A stretch of DNA of 53,709 nt, taken from positions 1 to 53,709 of the forward strand of contig JBNJFB010000012.1 in NCBI GenBank assembly GCA_051746405.1, given 5' to 3'. The notes under the pieces are model-generated. The model was not told where the DNA came from, ran no database searches, and worked only from the letters and a program-made list of their open reading frames with translations. Every line of letters begins with the position of its first letter. Position 1 is the first letter of the stretch. Shown here piece after piece: positions 30,620 through 38,485 of this stretch. A program made the position numbers and the translations under genes. This DNA comes from Campylobacterota bacterium (GTDB lineage: Bacteria > Campylobacterota > Campylobacteria > Campylobacterales > Arcobacteraceae).

Positions 30620-32743
30620 TTATACTATAAATTTTGCTATATTGTAAGCTATAAAAGAGAATATCCAAGCTGTTATTGTTGTAAATACAAAAAGATATCC
30701 TAAGTATTTCAAGCTACCAGCTTCTTTTGCAAATACCATGGAAGCTGCTAAACAAGGCAAGTAAATCATTACAAAAACAATAAATGAAACTGCTGATGCA
30801 AATGGTATATTATCTTTTATTTTTTGTACTAGTGTATCTGAACTATGCTCATGATCTTCTCCTAAACCATATAATATACCTAAAGTTGATACTACTATTT
30901 CTTTTGCAGCAAGTCCTGTTTCTAGTGCTACAGACATTCTCCAATCAAATCCAAGTGGTTCAAAAAGTGGTTGGGAAGCTTTACCTAATATACCTAAGTA
31001 GGAGTTCTCTAGATTATACTGTGCTAATTCATTTTTTAGTTTTTGTTTCTCTTGTGTAGTTGTTGTATTTTCAATTTTTAGTTCATAGTTTTTTGCGACT
31101 TCTGGATACTTTGGGTAGTTTGATGCAAACCAAATAAGAAGTGAAGCAGCTAATATATATGTACCTGCTTTTTTTAGGTACATTAAAGCTTGATTTGAAA
31201 CAGTATGCCAAATAAGTTTAAAAGAGGGTAGTCTATATTTTGGCATCTCCATTACAAAAGGTTCATCCTCACTTTTAAATACTGTCACTTTTAAAAATTT
31301 TGCTGCAAATAAACCTAATATAGCACCACTTATATAAATCAAAAATAGAATATTACCAGCATTTCCTTGGGCAAAAAAAGCACCTGTAAATAGTACATAT
31401 ATAGGAAGCCTTGCACCACAAGACATAAAGCCTATAATAAATAAAGTAAGAAGTCTATCTTTTTCATTTTTTAGGGTTTTAGCAGCCATATAAGCAGGAA
31501 CTGAGCATCCAAATCCTGTAACTAAAGGAATAAATGACTTTCCATGTAACCCAAACTTATGAAAGAAGCCATCAAGTAAAAAAGCAACTCTACTCATATA
31601 TCCAGTGGTTTCTAAAAGTGCAATACCAATAAAAAGAATCACGATATTTGGTAAAAAAAGTACCACAGCACCAACCCCTGCTATTGCTCCATCTGCGATT
31701 ATTGAGCTTATTTGGTTATCACCTAAAAAGTTTTTAGTCCCATCAATTAGTGAAGCAAAAAACGCATCAATTATATCCATAGGAATATTCCCTAATTCAA
31801 AAGTTAGTTGAAACAGCCCCCACATTAAAAATAAAAAAATAGGTAGTCCAAAGAGTTTGTGTATTAAAAAAGCATCAATCTTTTCTGTTGTTGTTTTCAT
31901 TGTACTTTTCTGTTTTTGTACTGTTTCAGTTACAGCACCTTTAGCAAAAGCTAGTCTTTCATCACTAAATATCTCCTTTGCATCTTTTATATTATAATGA
32001 ATATATAAATGTTCAAAGGCATTTGATAGTACAGGTTGAAGCTTTACCCATATAGGTTCATCATGGAACTTCTTGTAGGTATCTTTATCCTCTTTTAAAA
32101 GTTTTATTGCTAGTTTTCTATAAGAGCTTTTTGATACAAAAGAGTTTTCACTCATGACTTTCTGCAAGTTTAAAATCTCTTCTTCCATTACATCTGATAA
32201 AATTAATTTAGTAGGAAGTCTTTTATCTTCATACTTCTTTACAATATTTTCTAAAAGCATTTTTATGCCTAAGTTTTGTGCAGCACTTGTTTTTACACAC
32301 GGTTTTCCTAATATTTTACTTAATTGTTGTTCATCTATATTGATATTCTCTTTTTTCGCTTCATCAATCATATTTAGAGCAATAATCATTTTTTTATCAA
32401 GTGTAAGAAGTTCAGAGGTTAGATATAGATTTCTTTCTAGGTTTGTTGAGTCAAGTACATTTAAAATAATATCATAGGGTTCATTTTCTAAAAAATCTTT
32501 TGTAACTTTTTCTTCAATAGTATAATCATTTAGTGAGTAAGCACCTGGTAAATCTGTTATGATTATCTTATAATCTTTATAATCTAAAAACACTTCTTTT
32601 TTAGTTACAGTAACTCCTGAGAAATTACCAACTTTTAATCTTGTATTTGATATTGAGTTAATTAGCATAGTTTTACCAACATTTGGTTGACCTACTAATG
32701 CTACTTTTATTATTTTTTCTTTCTTGAAATCTTTTAGTTGCAC
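30620..32743 (-). CDS. feoB: Ferrous iron transporter FeoB
   Basis: GQPNVGKT, GNFSGVTV, DLPG, GFGCSVPA, FMSCGARLP, LYLPC-type gate motifs. Confidence 0.96.
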   Translation of the reverse strand: MQLKDFKKEKIIKVALVGQPNVGKTMLINSISNTRLKVGNFSGVTVTKKEVFLDYKDYKIIITDLPGAYSLNDYTIEEKVTKDFLENEPYDIILNVLDSTNLERNLYLTSELLTLDKKMIIALNMIDEAKKENINIDEQQLSKILGKPCVKTSAAQNLGIKMLLENIVKKYEDKRLPTKLILSDVMEEEILNLQKVMSENSFVSKSSYRKLAIKLLKEDKDTYKKFHDEPIWVKLQPVLSNAFEHLYIHYNIKDAKEIFSDERLAFAKGAVTETVQKQKSTMKTTTEKIDAFLIHKLFGLPIFLFLMWGLFQLTFELGNIPMDIIDAFFASLIDGTKNFLGDNQISSIIADGAIAGVGAVVLFLPNIVILFIGIALLETTGYMSRVAFLLDGFFHKFGLHGKSFIPLVTGFGCSVPAYMAAKTLKNEKDRLLTLFIIGFMSCGARLPIYVLFTGAFFAQGNAGNILFLIYISGAILGLFAAKFLKVTVFKSEDEPFVMEMPKYRLPSFKLIWHTVSNQALMYLKKAGTYILAASLLIWFASNYPKYPEVAKNYELKIENTTTTQEKQKLKNELAQYNLENSYLGILGKASQPLFEPLGFDWRMSVALETGLAAKEIVVSTLGILYGLGEDHEHSSDTLVQKIKDNIPFASAVSFIVFVMIYLPCLAASMVFAKEAGSLKYLGYLFVFTTITAWIFSFIAYNIAKFIV

Positions 32744-32961
32744 TTTTCAACCTCAATAGCTGATGCTTCATTTAATCTAAGAGCAACCTTTGTTGAGTCT
32801 ATTTTTATCTCAATAGTACTTCTTCTTAGTGTTAACTCTTCTACTTTAACTTTTGAGTTTTTCACAATACCAAAAGAGTAAAATCTATTTTTTAGAATTT
32901 CATCACAATCTATTTTTTTAATAATTGCACAGTCATTTTTTTCTAATTTATCTAGAGTCAT
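32734..32961 (-). CDS. feoA: Ferrous iron transport protein FeoA
   Basis: 75 aa, RFYSFGI...VALRLNEA, overlaps the feoB start. Confidence 0.92.
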   Translation of the reverse strand: MTLDKLEKNDCAIIKKIDCDEILKNRFYSFGIVKNSKVKVEELTLRRSTIEIKIDSTKVALRLNEASAIEVEKCN

Positions 32962-32981
32962 CTAAACTCTCCTTCTATATT

Positions 32982-33000
32982 AATAATGATTATTATAATA
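32982..33000. promoter_or_regulatory. Putative Fur box upstream of feoAB
   Basis: AATAATGATTATTATAATA, 14/19 to GATAATGATAATCATTATC; a further NAT-triplet-rich run at about 33038-33064. Confidence 0.65.
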
Positions 33001-33184
33001 AAACTTAACTTGTATATAGTTTATATATAACTTGAAGTAATAGTAATAATAATTATAATCATAAATATATTTTATAATACCACGGTCAAAGAAAAACTTA
33101 TATTAGTTGGAATTTTTTTGTATTGTAATTTTGGGTAACTTTAGATATACTTTTGGGTATTATCAATTTTAAGGGTAAAATTTA

Positions 33185-33628
33185 ATGGTAGAAAATGAAG
33201 AAGTAATAGACGAACTTAAAAGAATTGTTAAACAAAAAGGCTTAAAATATACAGAGCAAAGAGAGATTGTACTAAATATTTTAATAAATGCACAAGATCA
33301 TTTAAGTGCAGAAGATGTATATAATCAAATAAAAGTGAAATATCCAGATACAAATATCGGTATTGCTACTGTTTATAGGGCACTTAGCTTTCTTGAAGAG
33401 ATTGATTTAATTACATCTATAAATTTTGGAACAGATGGAAAAAAATATGAAAGCAATACAAAATCACACCATGACCATTTAATATGTACAGACTGTGGTA
33501 AAATAGTAGAGTTTTTAGATGATGAAATTGAAAAAAGACAAGAAAGAATAGCTAAAAAAAACAAATTTAAAATCACAAGTCACTCTATGCAGTTATATGG
33601 AACTTGTCAAGAGTGTACAAACAAATAA
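33185..33628 (+). CDS. fur: Ferric uptake regulator
   Basis: GLKYTEQR, HLSAEDVY, IGIATVYR, HHDHLICTDCG, CQEC; divergent from feoAB. Confidence 0.93.
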   Translation: MVENEEVIDELKRIVKQKGLKYTEQREIVLNILINAQDHLSAEDVYNQIKVKYPDTNIGIATVYRALSFLEEIDLITSINFGTDGKKYESNTKSHHDHLICTDCGKIVEFLDDEIEKRQERIAKKNKFKITSHSMQLYGTCQECTNK

Positions 33629-33655
33629 AAACTAAAAGTTTTGGGAGGCTTGCCT

Positions 33656-34978
33656 TTAAAATTTGATTTGATTAATATCTTTTATGCTAAGAAGTTTATA
33701 TTCTACGGCATAATTTTTATACTGTTGTAAAAGTTTTTGAGATTTGACAACTAATTGATTATAGTTAAGTTTTTTTTCATTTAGTTTTACTTCACAAATC
33801 AAAAGCTTTTTGTCTATTTCATCTATAGCTACTATATCTATCTCATTTTGATTATTTCGCTCCCAATATGAGCCAATTTTTGTATATACTTGTTGTTCTT
33901 TTAAAATCTCAATAAAAAGCTTTTCTAGAAATTTACCTTTAAATGTATCTATATCTCTAAAGATAATCTCTTTTAATCGTTCAAAGTTTTCAGCTTCTAC
34001 TAAAGATTGATACTTGAAAATAAATCTAAACCAAAATGCTAAAAAATTATCTATTATTTCATATTTCTGTATTTTTGAGTTTGGCTTAGCACTAATAGGT
34101 TTAATAGATTTGATGATATTATAATCATTTTCAAGCCTTGCTAAATGTCCTGAAATATTTTTTTCTAGAATTGATTCGATTTGTGTTCTTGATGATTTTG
34201 AACTTGCAATAAGTGAAAGAATTGAAAAATATGTCCCATACTCTTTCCCAAACTCTTCAATAAGTCTATTTTTTCCTTCATCTAAAAAAAGTGAGTTTGG
34301 TTCTATAATTCTGTTTATCATTGTCTTTATATCAAATGACTCATATAAAACAAATAGTTCAATATACTTTGCAACTCCACCTGTTAGTAAATAAAAATCA
34401 AGGATATTATTTAATGTATATGAGTGATGGTCTTTTAAAATCTGTTTTAAAACTGAGACTTTTAAAGGTTTTAACTCAATTTTAAAGTCACTTCTTCCAA
34501 AAAGTGGTTCATGATTATCTTCATATATTTTTTTCATCAATCGATATATAGAACCACAAGTGATAAGATGTATATTAGTATTGTTTTTATTGAGGTCCCA
34601 AAGTTTTTGTATCGATGAATAAATTGATTCATTAATACGATAAAACTCTTGAAACTCATCAATAATCAAAGTAAAACTTTTGGTTTTACCTATTTCTAAG
34701 ATGTATTCAAATAGATTTTCAAATTTTGTGATATTTCCAAATAGCTTCACTTCTAATTTGCTTGCTAACTCTTGGGCAAACTCTTCACATAAAAGATGTT
34801 CATCTTTTTTTGAAACAAAAAAATAAATCACCTTATCTTTTGAATAGTTCTGTAAAGCTAAGGTTGTCTTTCCTACTCTTCTTCTACCAATAAGCATAGT
34901 TAAAATAGAGTGATTTTCTTTTAAATAATCTGCTTTTTTTAAAATCTCTAACTCTTTTTCTCTATTATAAAATCTCAT
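33656..34978 (-). CDS. Archaeal-type ATPase (ATPase_2/DUF234) with wHTH and C-terminal PD-(D/E)XK-like domain
   Basis: MRFYNREKEL, GRRRVGKT, IIDEFQ, PLFGR, DNFLAFWFRF, EIDIVA...ICEVK. Confidence 0.85.
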   Translation of the reverse strand: MRFYNREKELEILKKADYLKENHSILTMLIGRRRVGKTTLALQNYSKDKVIYFFVSKKDEHLLCEEFAQELASKLEVKLFGNITKFENLFEYILEIGKTKSFTLIIDEFQEFYRINESIYSSIQKLWDLNKNNTNIHLITCGSIYRLMKKIYEDNHEPLFGRSDFKIELKPLKVSVLKQILKDHHSYTLNNILDFYLLTGGVAKYIELFVLYESFDIKTMINRIIEPNSLFLDEGKNRLIEEFGKEYGTYFSILSLIASSKSSRTQIESILEKNISGHLARLENDYNIIKSIKPISAKPNSKIQKYEIIDNFLAFWFRFIFKYQSLVEAENFERLKEIIFRDIDTFKGKFLEKLFIEILKEQQVYTKIGSYWERNNQNEIDIVAIDEIDKKLLICEVKLNEKKLNYNQLVVKSQKLLQQYKNYAVEYKLLSIKDINQIKF

Positions 34979-34990
34979 TTAATAACTCCT

Positions 34991-35016
34991 GTTATCATAA
35001 CATGGGTTATTATAAC
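34991..35016. promoter_or_regulatory. Tandem palindromic operator-like site upstream of the ATPase gene
   Basis: GTTATCATAAC-atgg-GTTATTATAAC, two GTTAT-N-ATAAC palindromes next to the RBS. Confidence 0.45.
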
Positions 35017-35046
35017 AAATATATTTTAAAAGTATCTAAATTTAAG

Positions 35047-35544
35047 TTATAAGATATCACCTTTGATATCTTCAACCCAAGCGTTAATTCTATCATCTGT
35101 TAAATCATCTTGATTATCTTCATCTATTACTAATCCAACAAATTTACCATCAACTTGGGCTCTTGAGTCTTCATATTCATAACCGTCAGTAGAAGTAGCA
35201 CCTACAATTGTAGCTCCTGTAGAGTTTACATGTTCATATATAATACCTAAAGCATTACAAAACTCATCTTCATATCCCTCTTGATCACCTAATCCAAACA
35301 GTGCTACAGTTTTATTTGATAAATCAACTGCTATAAAATCATCCCAAATCTCATCAAAATCGTCATTTAGTTCACCTTCACCCCAAGTAGAACCACCAAT
35401 AATCACTTTATCATACTCATTTATTTTTTCTGGACTAGTTGAACCTAAGTCAAAAACCTCAATTTCGCCTAATTGTTCTGCAATTTTATTTGCAATCTCT
35501 GATGAATTTCCTGTACTACTTGCATAAAATAGTGCTGTTGCCAT
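35047..35544 (-). CDS. fldA: Long-chain flavodoxin
   Basis: FYASSTGNS, STWGEGE, FGLGDQEGY, GLVIDEDNQ. Confidence 0.93.
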   Translation of the reverse strand: MATALFYASSTGNSSEIANKIAEQLGEIEVFDLGSTSPEKINEYDKVIIGGSTWGEGELNDDFDEIWDDFIAVDLSNKTVALFGLGDQEGYEDEFCNALGIIYEHVNSTGATIVGATSTDGYEYEDSRAQVDGKFVGLVIDEDNQDDLTDDRINAWVEDIKGDIL

Positions 35545-35555
35545 GTTATATTCCT

Positions 35556-36329
35556 TTATCTCATAATTGATCTTAAAGAGTATGGTATTACTTTTATTTG
35601 ATACTCTTTACTCTTTAATTCATTGACAAATATTGGTATTTGTCTTTTAAACTTGTCGTCTTTAGGATAAGCTAAATAGACTTGATTTGATTCTCCTTTT
35701 TTTATTGATTTAATAGCATTTTCTAACTCATCCTTGATATTTGGGTTTTTTACTTCTATATCTTTCCAAGAAGTGTATATTTTCACATTACATACACCAT
35801 TAGATTTAATAGAAATAGAGTCACCTAAGTCAGTTACTTCCTTGTCTTTATGAAGCCTACTTACTTTATTTAAAACGAACTCATGAAATAGTAAATGCTT
35901 ATCTATAAGAAGTTGCATATTGTTATTTATAAAACAGTGTGAGATTAACTTAGCAGCAGCAAGAAGATTTTTGCTTCTTACAAAAAGAGAGTTATCTGTT
36001 TTTTTACCATAAAGATAATTATTGATTATAATTGTAGATTTAAGACAAAAATTAAATGAAGAGTTAATCTTCGGTTTTCTTAACATACTATTTGGTAAGA
36101 GTGTTTCTATTTTATATTCAAAAGCTATTTTTAAAGGATAAAAGCTTAGTCTTCTTTGCTCTTTTTTTGAAAAGTGACAAAACTCTTTTAAGACATTGTT
36201 ACTCAAACTTAAAAAAAGTTGTCTTAGTCTGTATTTTGAATTAAATTTATCAAAATCTTTTGGTAAAAACTCTCTGTTATTATCAAATCCCACAAAATCA
36301 TTTGTGTATTTAAAGTAACTAAAATTCAT
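35556..36329 (-). CDS. Hypothetical protein with a degenerate McrC-like C-terminus
   Basis: Start moved to ATG 36329 after AAGGA; LLIDKHLLFHEFV, YTSWK and VYLAYP echo McrC motifs. Confidence 0.6.
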   Translation of the reverse strand: MNFSYFKYTNDFVGFDNNREFLPKDFDKFNSKYRLRQLFLSLSNNVLKEFCHFSKKEQRRLSFYPLKIAFEYKIETLLPNSMLRKPKINSSFNFCLKSTIIINNYLYGKKTDNSLFVRSKNLLAAAKLISHCFINNNMQLLIDKHLLFHEFVLNKVSRLHKDKEVTDLGDSISIKSNGVCNVKIYTSWKDIEVKNPNIKDELENAIKSIKKGESNQVYLAYPKDDKFKRQIPIFVNELKSKEYQIKVIPYSLRSIMR

Positions 36330-36330
36330 T

Positions 36331-36663
36331 TTATTTATTTCCTTTTTTACAATCTGCGTAGCATTGTTGACAATTTTCAATACCCATAATCTTTGTGTAC
36401 TCTTCATAAACACAAGATAGGGATCTTTTTGCACAAACAAAAGGAATATTCATCCTTTTTGCTTCATTTTTATATTTAAGCATTGTATTATGGTTTAAAA
36501 AAGAGGTAAGCATAACTATACAATCAGTATCCAATGGAATTTTTTTTCTAGGGGCTGAAGACTTTTTTCTTGCATCCCAGTGGTTGACTTTTCTAGCACC
36601 TAACTGTTTAAACATATTTGAAATAGGCTTAATCTTATCTCCCCCAATTAATAATATACTCAT
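36331..36663 (-). CDS. DUF2325 family protein
   Basis: MSILLIGGD...HWDAR...DCIVMLTSFLNHN...AKR.NIPFVCAKRS. Confidence 0.85.
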   Translation of the reverse strand: MSILLIGGDKIKPISNMFKQLGARKVNHWDARKKSSAPRKKIPLDTDCIVMLTSFLNHNTMLKYKNEAKRMNIPFVCAKRSLSCVYEEYTKIMGIENCQQCYADCKKGNK

Positions 36664-36673
36664 TTTAACTCCT

Positions 36674-36750
36674 AGTATTGATAATCATTATTGTAATTGT
36701 ACAAGGAAAACTCTTAAATTTATATTAATTATGATAACTATTATCATAAT
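36674..36750. promoter_or_regulatory. Two putative Fur boxes upstream of the DUF2325-hypothetical-fldA operon
   Basis: AGTATTGATAATCATTATT (36674-36692, 15/19) and palindrome ATTATGATAA-cta-TTATCATAAT (36728-36750). Confidence 0.75.
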
Positions 36751-36760
36751 ACATTAAATA

Positions 36761-36800
36761 AAAAAGGGAGAGGAACAATAAAGCACCTCTCCCTTTTTTT
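36761..36800. terminator. Intrinsic terminator, potentially bidirectional
   Basis: aaaaagggagagg...cctctcccttttt inverted repeat with A/T tails. Confidence 0.75.
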
Positions 36801-36815
36801 CTAAATAGTGTTAAC

Positions 36816-37043
36816 TTAAGAAGATATTTTATGTAAGTTTACATACCAATCATCAATTACATCCTCTTTTTCTAAGTCTGTAAGTGTTATTTCTATACCT
36901 TGATTTGTATAAACGGCCTCTTTTATTTTGTCATCAGGAATATCTAGTGCCTCAGTGCAATACTCAAATACAACTTCATCGTATATAAACTCTTCTTCTC
37001 TCCATCCATCTTCAAAGTTTGTGATTAAAAAATATGTTTCCAT
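36816..37043 (-). CDS. Small acidic hypothetical protein
   Basis: 75-aa ORF with AGGA RBS. Confidence 0.6.
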   Translation of the reverse strand: METYFLITNFEDGWREEEFIYDEVVFEYCTEALDIPDDKIKEAVYTNQGIEITLTDLEKEDVIDDWYVNLHKISS

Positions 37044-37142
37044 GCTTATCCTAGTTTCTTGTGGTTTTAAAATTAAAATTTAGTGAGAAGTAGTATCAAA
37101 TTAATACTTATATGTAGGTTAATTTAAGAGTAGTAAAATCTA

Positions 37143-37442
37143 CTACTCTTTGTTTTGTGGTACGTATTTAAAAAATATATATAGCACTGCAACCATTACA
37201 ATTACTGTTACTACTGACATTAAGCTTAGCTCAACTTCTGATGATGAACCTCTTTGGTAATCTTTTGGCATAAAAAGAAACATAGAAGAAAGTAACATAA
37301 AACAAGCTGTTATAACTGCAAGTAGATAAGTTATAGCTTTGTTAAGTTTGGTTATGTAAAAGTCCTTTACTAATTTCCACGTGATTACCGAAGCTGTTAA
37401 AACTATAGTTAAAACTATTATTTTCTCAATATTTGGTTCCAA
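37143..37442 (-). CDS. Hypothetical membrane protein (three TM helices)
   Basis: 99 aa, TTG start after AAGGAAG; hydrophobic segments. Confidence 0.6.
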   Translation of the reverse strand: MEPNIEKIIVLTIVLTASVITWKLVKDFYITKLNKAITYLLAVITACFMLLSSMFLFMPKDYQRGSSSEVELSLMSVVTVIVMVAVLYIFFKYVPQNKE

Positions 37443-37543
37443 TTTCTCTTCCTTATTATTTTGGCTTTGATATTTTATGGATAATATACTTAAATTAGCC
37501 TTTTTTGTTATATATAAGCTAAATCCTATTATAATCTATTATT

Positions 37544-38485
37544 ATGAATAAAGATATAAAAAAACTAATAATAACCATATTATGTGTAATGGGCTCATTA
37601 AATGCAGCATCAATAAGTCCAATACCTCAAAAAGTAATATTTGATGAGCAAAAAGCGATTCTAGGGGCAAAGCTCTTTCATGATAAAAGACTGTCAAAAG
37701 ACAATAGTGTATCATGTGCAAGCTGTCATAACCTAAATCAAGGTGGTGTAGATAACTTGAGTGTATCAATTGGTATAGGCAATAAAAAAGGAGATATAAA
37801 TACTCCAACTGTATTAAATTCAGTTTTTAATTTTCGTCAATTTTGGGATGGAAGAGCAGCAAATTTACAACAACAAGCTTTAGGTCCTTTATTAAATCCA
37901 CATGAAATGGGAAATGATACTATTTTTAAATTAATAGATAAACTAAAACAGACTGAATACAATGAAGCTTTTAATAATATATATAAAAATGGATTAACAA
38001 AAACTAATTTATTAGATACAATAGTAGAGTTTGAAAAGATACTTATAACGCCAAACTCAAGATTTGATAGGTTTTTAAATAAAGAAGAAGATATTTTAAC
38101 AAAAAAAGAGAAAAAAGGCTTTGAACTTTTTAAATCAAAAGGCTGTATATCATGTCATAATGGTGTTAATATAGGTGGAAACTTGTATAGTAAGTTTGGG
38201 GTCATGAAAGATGCCAAAAGCTCAAATCTTGGGAGATTTAATGTGACAAATAAAGAAAAAGATAAATACTATTTTAAAGTTCCATCTCTTAGAAATATAG
38301 AGCATACAGCCCCATACTTTCATGATGCAAGAACTTCTAGCCTTAAAGAAGCTGTTGAGATAATGAGTTTGTATCAACTAGGAAGACCCATAAGTAATAA
38401 TGAGATTGACAATATAGTTGCTTTTTTAAAAACTCTAAGTGCTAAGATACCAAAGGAGTATAGTCATGTACTCAAAGAAAAGTGA
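37544..38485 (+). CDS. Di-heme cytochrome c peroxidase family protein
   Basis: Signal peptide; CASCH and CISCH; QFWDGRA; FKVPSLRNI..TAPYFHD. Confidence 0.9.
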   Translation: MNKDIKKLIITILCVMGSLNAASISPIPQKVIFDEQKAILGAKLFHDKRLSKDNSVSCASCHNLNQGGVDNLSVSIGIGNKKGDINTPTVLNSVFNFRQFWDGRAANLQQQALGPLLNPHEMGNDTIFKLIDKLKQTEYNEAFNNIYKNGLTKTNLLDTIVEFEKILITPNSRFDRFLNKEEDILTKKEKKGFELFKSKGCISCHNGVNIGGNLYSKFGVMKDAKSSNLGRFNVTNKEKDKYYFKVPSLRNIEHTAPYFHDARTSSLKEAVEIMSLYQLGRPISNNEIDNIVAFLKTLSAKIPKEYSHVLKEK

